64,000 nt of DNA from an uncultured Gemmatimonadales bacterium (GTDB taxonomy: Bacteria > Gemmatimonadota > Gemmatimonadetes > Gemmatimonadales > Gemmatimonadaceae): assembly GCA_963793305.1 (NCBI GenBank), contig CAWBZV010000005.1:384001-448000 (forward strand). Reading direction: 5' to 3'. The notes beneath the pieces are model-generated. The model was not told where the DNA came from, made no database searches, and saw nothing but the letters and a program-made list of their open reading frames with translations. Positions 58,781 through 64,000 of the stretch are shown in pieces. The position numbers and the translations under genes are program-made. Numbering within the stretch: position 1 is the stretch's first letter; each line of letters begins with the position of its first letter.

Positions 58781-60057
58781 TGCACACGCTCGCGGTGCTC
58801 CTTGTCGCGGCGCTCGTGGGGGATACGGCGCCGGCGCCCGAGATGATCGCGCCGGGCGTCATCTCGACGGAGTTCGACGAGTTCGGCGGCGCGCTGACGC
58901 CGGATGGCGATACGATGTATTTCTCGCGTGGGGTCACGCGATCCTACACGTACGCCATCCTTCGGAGTCACCGGACGCGTGCGGGGTGGAGCACGCCGGA
59001 GATCGCGCCATTTTCGGGTCGCTTTCGCGATCATGATCCGGTTCTTGCGCCCGATGGCCGGCGGTTCTATTTCGCGTCGGATCGGCCGATCGATGGCGTG
59101 CGTCCGACCAACTATCACATCTGGGTCATGGATCGGACGCCAAACGGCTTGTCTGAGCCGCGGGTGCTGGGTGCGCCATTCGACCAGTTCGGATTTCTCT
59201 GGTTTCTCTCCGAGACGCGCGACGGCGTGATCTACTTCAACGCGCAACCGGACAACGGGCCCGCCCGCATCTATATGACACGCCGGACGTCGACGGGGTA
59301 CACGGCGCCGGAGCTCTTGCCGAGCGAGGTCAACATCCCGAACTGGGACGCGCGGGAGCCGTATATCTCGCCCGACGACAGTTTCATGGTCTTCGATGCG
59401 GGGCCGGCGGGGGCCGTCAATCTGTACGATCTCTATGTCAGCGATCATTGCAATGGCGCGTGGACGCCGGCGCGGAAGCTGACGGCGCTCAGCACGCCGA
59501 CGCGCGACTATAGCCCGCGGATCACCCCGGACGGTCAGTGGCTGTACTACACGACCGAGCATGGGTTCGCCGACCCGCCGTTGGATCGGGCCCTGACGTA
59601 CGACGAGATGGAGCGGGCGCTTCACGGCGTGCTGAATGGACTCGGCAACATCTATCGGGTGCCGATCGCGGCGGTGCATGACACCACGCCGAGCTTGGAC
59701 AGCATCAATCGGGCGTACATCAAAGCGTACGAGGACTCTGATGCGAAGGCGGTCATCGCCTTCTACGATACCGGCGCGACGGAGCTTTTGGATCATGGCC
59801 GGATGGTGCACGGTCACGACGCGCTCTTGGACTATTGGGGGAAGTGGATCGCGCACAACGGCCGAATCGGGTTGTCGATCTCGGTCGCGAGCACCTGGGT
59901 CACCGGCCCGAGGCTCTACGAGACGGGTACCTACACCACCCGGTTTCACACGAAGAAGGGGACGACGGACAGCGTGAGCGGAAACTACGCTCGAATATGG
60001 AAGCGCCAGTCCGATGGGGCGTGGAAGATCGAGGCGGTGTTCGATACGCCGAAATAG
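58777..60057 (+). CDS. PD40/TolB-like beta-propeller fused to C-terminal DUF4440/NTF2 domain
   Basis: PD40 blades, then YETGTY...GNY..IWKRQSDG.WKI; ATGA overlap. Confidence 0.82.
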   Translation: MMHTLAVLLVAALVGDTAPAPEMIAPGVISTEFDEFGGALTPDGDTMYFSRGVTRSYTYAILRSHRTRAGWSTPEIAPFSGRFRDHDPVLAPDGRRFYFASDRPIDGVRPTNYHIWVMDRTPNGLSEPRVLGAPFDQFGFLWFLSETRDGVIYFNAQPDNGPARIYMTRRTSTGYTAPELLPSEVNIPNWDAREPYISPDDSFMVFDAGPAGAVNLYDLYVSDHCNGAWTPARKLTALSTPTRDYSPRITPDGQWLYYTTEHGFADPPLDRALTYDEMERALHGVLNGLGNIYRVPIAAVHDTTPSLDSINRAYIKAYEDSDAKAVIAFYDTGATELLDHGRMVHGHDALLDYWGKWIAHNGRIGLSISVASTWVTGPRLYETGTYTTRFHTKKGTTDSVSGNYARIWKRQSDGAWKIEAVFDTPK

Positions 60058-60109
60058 TATCAGACCATGGTCCAGATCCGGCGGACGGCGTGACGCTGGG
60101 TGAAGGTGC

Positions 60110-60205
60110 ACCGCCACGGGCGTCGATAGCCCTCCGCACGGGTTTCGCGGATCAGAGTCACTTCACGCGAGCCTTCACGTCGACGGTCGGTTGGCCTGCC
60201 GGTGC
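60110..60205 (+). pseudogene. remnant of an AraC C-terminal helix-turn-helix
   Basis: ASIALRTGFADQSHFTRAFTSTVGWP with no accompanying N-terminal part. Confidence 0.6.
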
Positions 60206-60469
60206 CGTCCGCGTGTGGTGTTTGCCGACCTCCGGGTCGTCAGCGAGCAACGTGGCATAGCGTTCACGTGACGGCAACGTCTCGCACCAATTCGACTTTC
60301 GTCTGTGTTGCGTTTGTTCAAGACCGGCCACGATGTCACGTCCATGTTGCGCGGTGATACGCGCTCGGTTATGGGCTGCGACGATGCGACCGTCTCAGGC
60401 ATGCGTCCTGGGACGGTTGTCCGCGCCTATTGCGTTCCACCCGCACCCGCGAGAGAGGGGGATCGGCAC

Positions 60470-63400
60470 ATGAGACGTTAGTGGTTGGTGTACGGAGTCG
60501 CACTAGCGATGCCATGGTGTGCAACTGGAACCGCCATGGCGCAAGTGACCGGCGGTACGGTGTTGGGCCACGTCACCGATCGGTCGAGCGGTTTGTCTGT
60601 CGCAGGCGCTGTGGTGAACGTTGTCGGCACCGCGATCCGAGCGGCGACCAACGCGGACGGTACCTATCGCCTGCGCGGCGTACCCGCTGGCTCGCAGGTG
60701 CTCCGAGCGGTGCGCTTGGGCTTCGCGGCGGCGAACAGCGCTCCCGTCACCGTTGTCGAGGGTGGTACGGCGACGGTCGATCTCGTGTTGGTCCCAGCGT
60801 CGGTGACCTTGACGACGGTTCAAGTCACGGCCACCGGTCAGTCAGAGGAATCGCGTGAGATCGCGACGCTGACGCCGCAGTTTACGCCGGACTCGCTCAA
60901 CCTGGCTGCGGCACCGACCTTCGCCAGCGTGCTCGAAGGATCCGCGCCGGGCGTCCAAGTTTTTCAGCCGAGTGGGACGAGCGGAACGGGAGCCAAGATC
61001 CGCATCCAGGGATCGAGCAGCGTCTCGCTGAGCAATGAGCCGCTGCTCGTGATCGACGGCGTCGAAGCGGTCAACGAACCGAACGCAATTGCCACGAGCT
61101 TCGGCGTCGGCGGCCAGTCGACCTCGCGCATCGACGATATCAATCCGGATGACATCGCCTCCGTGCAAGTGCTCGAGGGGCCTGCCGCGACCGGGTTGTA
61201 CGGCACGGCGGCGGCGAACGGCGTGATCGTCGTCACGACCAAGCGGGGCCAGGCCGGAAAAGCCCACTGGGATGGTTTCGTCGAGAACGGCGAGCTGCAC
61301 GACGACACCAACTATCCGTTGGACTACATTCTCGTTCTCGCCAGGTGGCGGAGGGAAGCCGACGCCATCCGACTGCCCCATATACTTGACCACCACCCCG
61401 GCGGCCATGGGTGGGTGCACCATCGACAGCGTCTCCGGCTTTTCGCCACTCCGTTCGGCGACGACCCCGATCCGCGTCGGACGGCGTCAGGAGTACAATC
61501 TCTCCACCAGTGGTGGTACCGATGTCAACACGTATTACGTGAGCGGCGACTATCAGCTCGAGAACGGTACAGACCAGGCGAATCAAGTCCAGAAAACGAA
61601 TGCCCGCGCGAACTTCACCACTCGTCCGCGGTCGGATCTGTCCTTGAGCGCGAGTACGGGATACCTCGCCAGCAACACCCAATTACCCCAGAATGACAAT
61701 GACGTCCTGGGTGACCTGTCGACGGGTCTGCTGGGCAGCGGCTTGAGCGGCGCGGCCAACAACTACGGCTACTACGGCGGGGTCTATCCGGCGCTCAGCG
61801 ATCAGCTGCGCTCGTTCTCGGACATTCAGCGCTTCACGCCTTCGCTTACGGCGAACTATCAGCCCTTGTCGTGGTTGTCCGCGAACGCCACGGGTGGGTT
61901 CGACCTGGTGAATCAGGATGATCAGCAGACGGTTCAGCCGAACGTCGTACCGTTCGCCTTTCTTCCGCTCGGCTTCAGATCGCGCAACCGCTTGGAGTTC
62001 GAGAACTACACGATCAACTCGAACCTGAGCGCTACCGCGCAACTCCCGGCCGACATTGCCTCGACTACCACAATGGGTGGCAGCTGGCGTCGCAACCTGT
62101 TCACTGGCAATTACGCAGCGGGCTACGGCCTGACGGGCGGGTCGAACTCGTTGACCGCCGTGTCACAGCTGATCACGGTCAGCGAGGTGAACCAAGACAA
62201 CCGGACGATCGGCGGATTCGTTCAGCAGCAATTCAGCTGGCGCAGCAAGCTGTATCTCACCGGTGGCGTCCGCCTGGACAAAAACAGCTCCACCGGATTC
62301 GCGGCGGGAACGACCGCCTATCCGACTGGCAGTCTTGCCTACGTGCTCAGCGACGAGCCGTGGTTTCCGAAAGGCGGCGTCATCTCCGCGCTCAAGTTAC
62401 GTGCCGCGGTTGGACAATCGGGACTGCACCCGGCCTTTCTCAATGCGCTGACGTACAAGAACCCGGTCGCTGCCGTCACACCGCTCGGCAACTCGACGGC
62501 GGCGTTCACCGCCGGCAATCCGGGGAATCCGAACCTCAGGCCCGAGCGCACCACCGAGATCGAAACCGGGTTCGACTTGTCGCTGCTGCACGATCGTCTG
62601 ACGATCAACGCCACGTACTTCGACAAGCACACCCAAGACGCGCTCATTCAACAGGAGCTCGTGCCGTCACTTGGCGACACCAACTTCCGTTGGATCAACG
62701 TTGGCAAAGTGAGAAATCGCGGCGTCGAGCTCGATGCGTCTGCGACGCCGATCGATATACGCGCCGTGACCTTCACGGTCCACGGCAACTTCTCGACGCT
62801 CGAGAATCGGCTCCAAGAGCTGGGAGCGGTCAACGGGCAGCAGATTCAACCCATTCTGACCGGCTTCGGTGGCAACACGCAAGAGTTCGCGCAGGGCTTC
62901 CCCCTCGGAGGCTATTGGCAACTCCCCTACACGTACGCCGACAAGAATCACGACGGGATCATCGAGCCGAACGAGGTCACGCTGACGAGCAACACGCCCA
63001 GGTACATGGGCACGCCAACCCCGACCGAGCTTGCCTCGCTCTCGCCACAGCTCACGGTGTTCAAGGTTATTCGACTGAGCTCCCTGTTCGATTTCCAGGG
63101 CGGGCAAAAACTGTTCGATGCCACGGCGCTATACCGGGACGCGGTCATCGGCAACGGCAAGGCGGACTATGTCAAGGGAGATCTCGCGGGCGAGGCCGCT
63201 GTCATTGCCTCGCAACAGGATGGCACCTTCGCGGGATACTTCCATGACGCGACATTCTGGAAATGGCGGGAGGCGGCCATCTCGCTGCTCGTTCCAACCC
63301 AATGGGCGCACCGCATCTACGCCCGCGGCGTCACCCTCACATTTGCCGCGCGCAATCTGCGCACGTGGACGAAGTACCCGGGCCTCGACCCGGAAACGTC

Positions 63401-63491
63401 ATTCCTCGGACAGGACAACTTCATCGTCGCCGATTTTCTGACGCAGCCACCCGTCCGCTACTATACGTTCCGCGCCACTCTCAACTACTAA
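60470..63491 (+). CDS. SusC/RagA family TonB-linked outer membrane protein (in-frame TAG at codon 4; frameshift near 61330)
   Basis: Carboxypeptidase-like N-domain, plug (IRIQG.SS...NEPL.VIDG; DINPDDI....LYG..AANGVI.VTTK), NPNLRPERT.E.E.G, YPGLDPE. Confidence 0.9.
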
Positions 63492-64000
63492 TGCCCATGC
63501 GACGCCTTTCGACACACGCGCGCGCGGCCGGCGCGGCGATAGCTTTGACGCTCACCCTCATGGCCTGCGACAACCGCATTCTGCGGGTGACTGCCCCTGA
63601 TGTTGTTCTGCCATCCGCTCTATCGAGCGCGAGCGCCCTGCCGACAGTGACCGCATCCGTCTACGGTGATTTTGCGTACGCCTACGCCGGGACGTTGGCG
63701 GAAGAGGACGAAGGGATGATCGAGGACGGCGGCCTCCTCGGTGACGAGTTCCACTCGAGTGACACATTCACGACCCGCATCCAGATCGATCAGCGGGCGG
63801 TCACGAGCGATAACAGCCAAAATGAGATTGATTTTCGCCGCATCGAGCGCGCTCGAGCGACGGCGGAATTCGCGGTGGCGCAGTACGAGCATCTCGAGCC
63901 GAACGCGGCCCTCGAGGCGGAAGCTTTCAGCTTCGTGGGCTTCGCATACCTCTTGGCCGGCGAGAACTACTGCACGGGCATTCCCTTCAGCAGCGCTCTG
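63491..64000 (+). CDS. SusD/RagB family lipoprotein (partial)
   Basis: TAATG coupling; MPMRRLS...LTLMAC lipobox; GLLGDEF..SDTF..R...DQR; ENYCTGIPFS. Confidence 0.82.
   Translation, partial: MPMRRLSTHARAAGAAIALTLTLMACDNRILRVTAPDVVLPSALSSASALPTVTASVYGDFAYAYAGTLAEEDEGMIEDGGLLGDEFHSSDTFTTRIQIDQRAVTSDNSQNEIDFRRIERARATAEFAVAQYEHLEPNAALEAEAFSFVGFAYLLAGENYCTGIPFSSAL

Noticed and set aside
60479..60481. Amber recoding (pyrrolysine or alternative genetic code)
   Set aside because: TAG terminates many genes normally here (e.g. 5941, 14983, 33770) and no pyl genes are seen.

Overview
High-GC bacterial chromosomal window with about 70 coding regions. The gene content (SusC/SusD pair, kinase-TPR protein, Bor-like lipoprotein, DUF6600 protein, PQQ dehydrogenase) suggests Gemmatimonadota; this is an inference. 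No integrase, transposase, phage genes or CRISPR array were recognised. Highlight 1: a compact minus-strand operon (3880->1713) in which a 56-aa ORF missing from the ORF track, with a lasso-type leader motif (WxxPxVxxxGxxxxxS) but a non-lasso, acid-free Ser/Thr/Cys tail, precedes an HprK-related kinase, a nucleotidyltransferase and a stand-alone PqqD/RRE. This is a candidate undescribed phosphorylated/nucleotidylated RiPP system with no cyclase or peptidase in the window. Highlight 2: a stand-alone tRNA-Ile with a UAU anticodon (48842-48915, minus), very rare in bacteria. Also present: a 3-keto-glycoside operon with a triplicated stop/start junction, an XoxF-like PQQ dehydrogenase with the lanthanide-type D-x-D motif plus cytochrome c, two paralogous repeat-stalk beta-propeller lipoproteins, two ArsR-SRPBCC modules with a shared operator palindrome, a Phn/selenate-type ABC transporter and several gene remnants. 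At least seven genes carry single-base frameshifts, probably assembly errors, so single-nucleotide observations need read-level confirmation.
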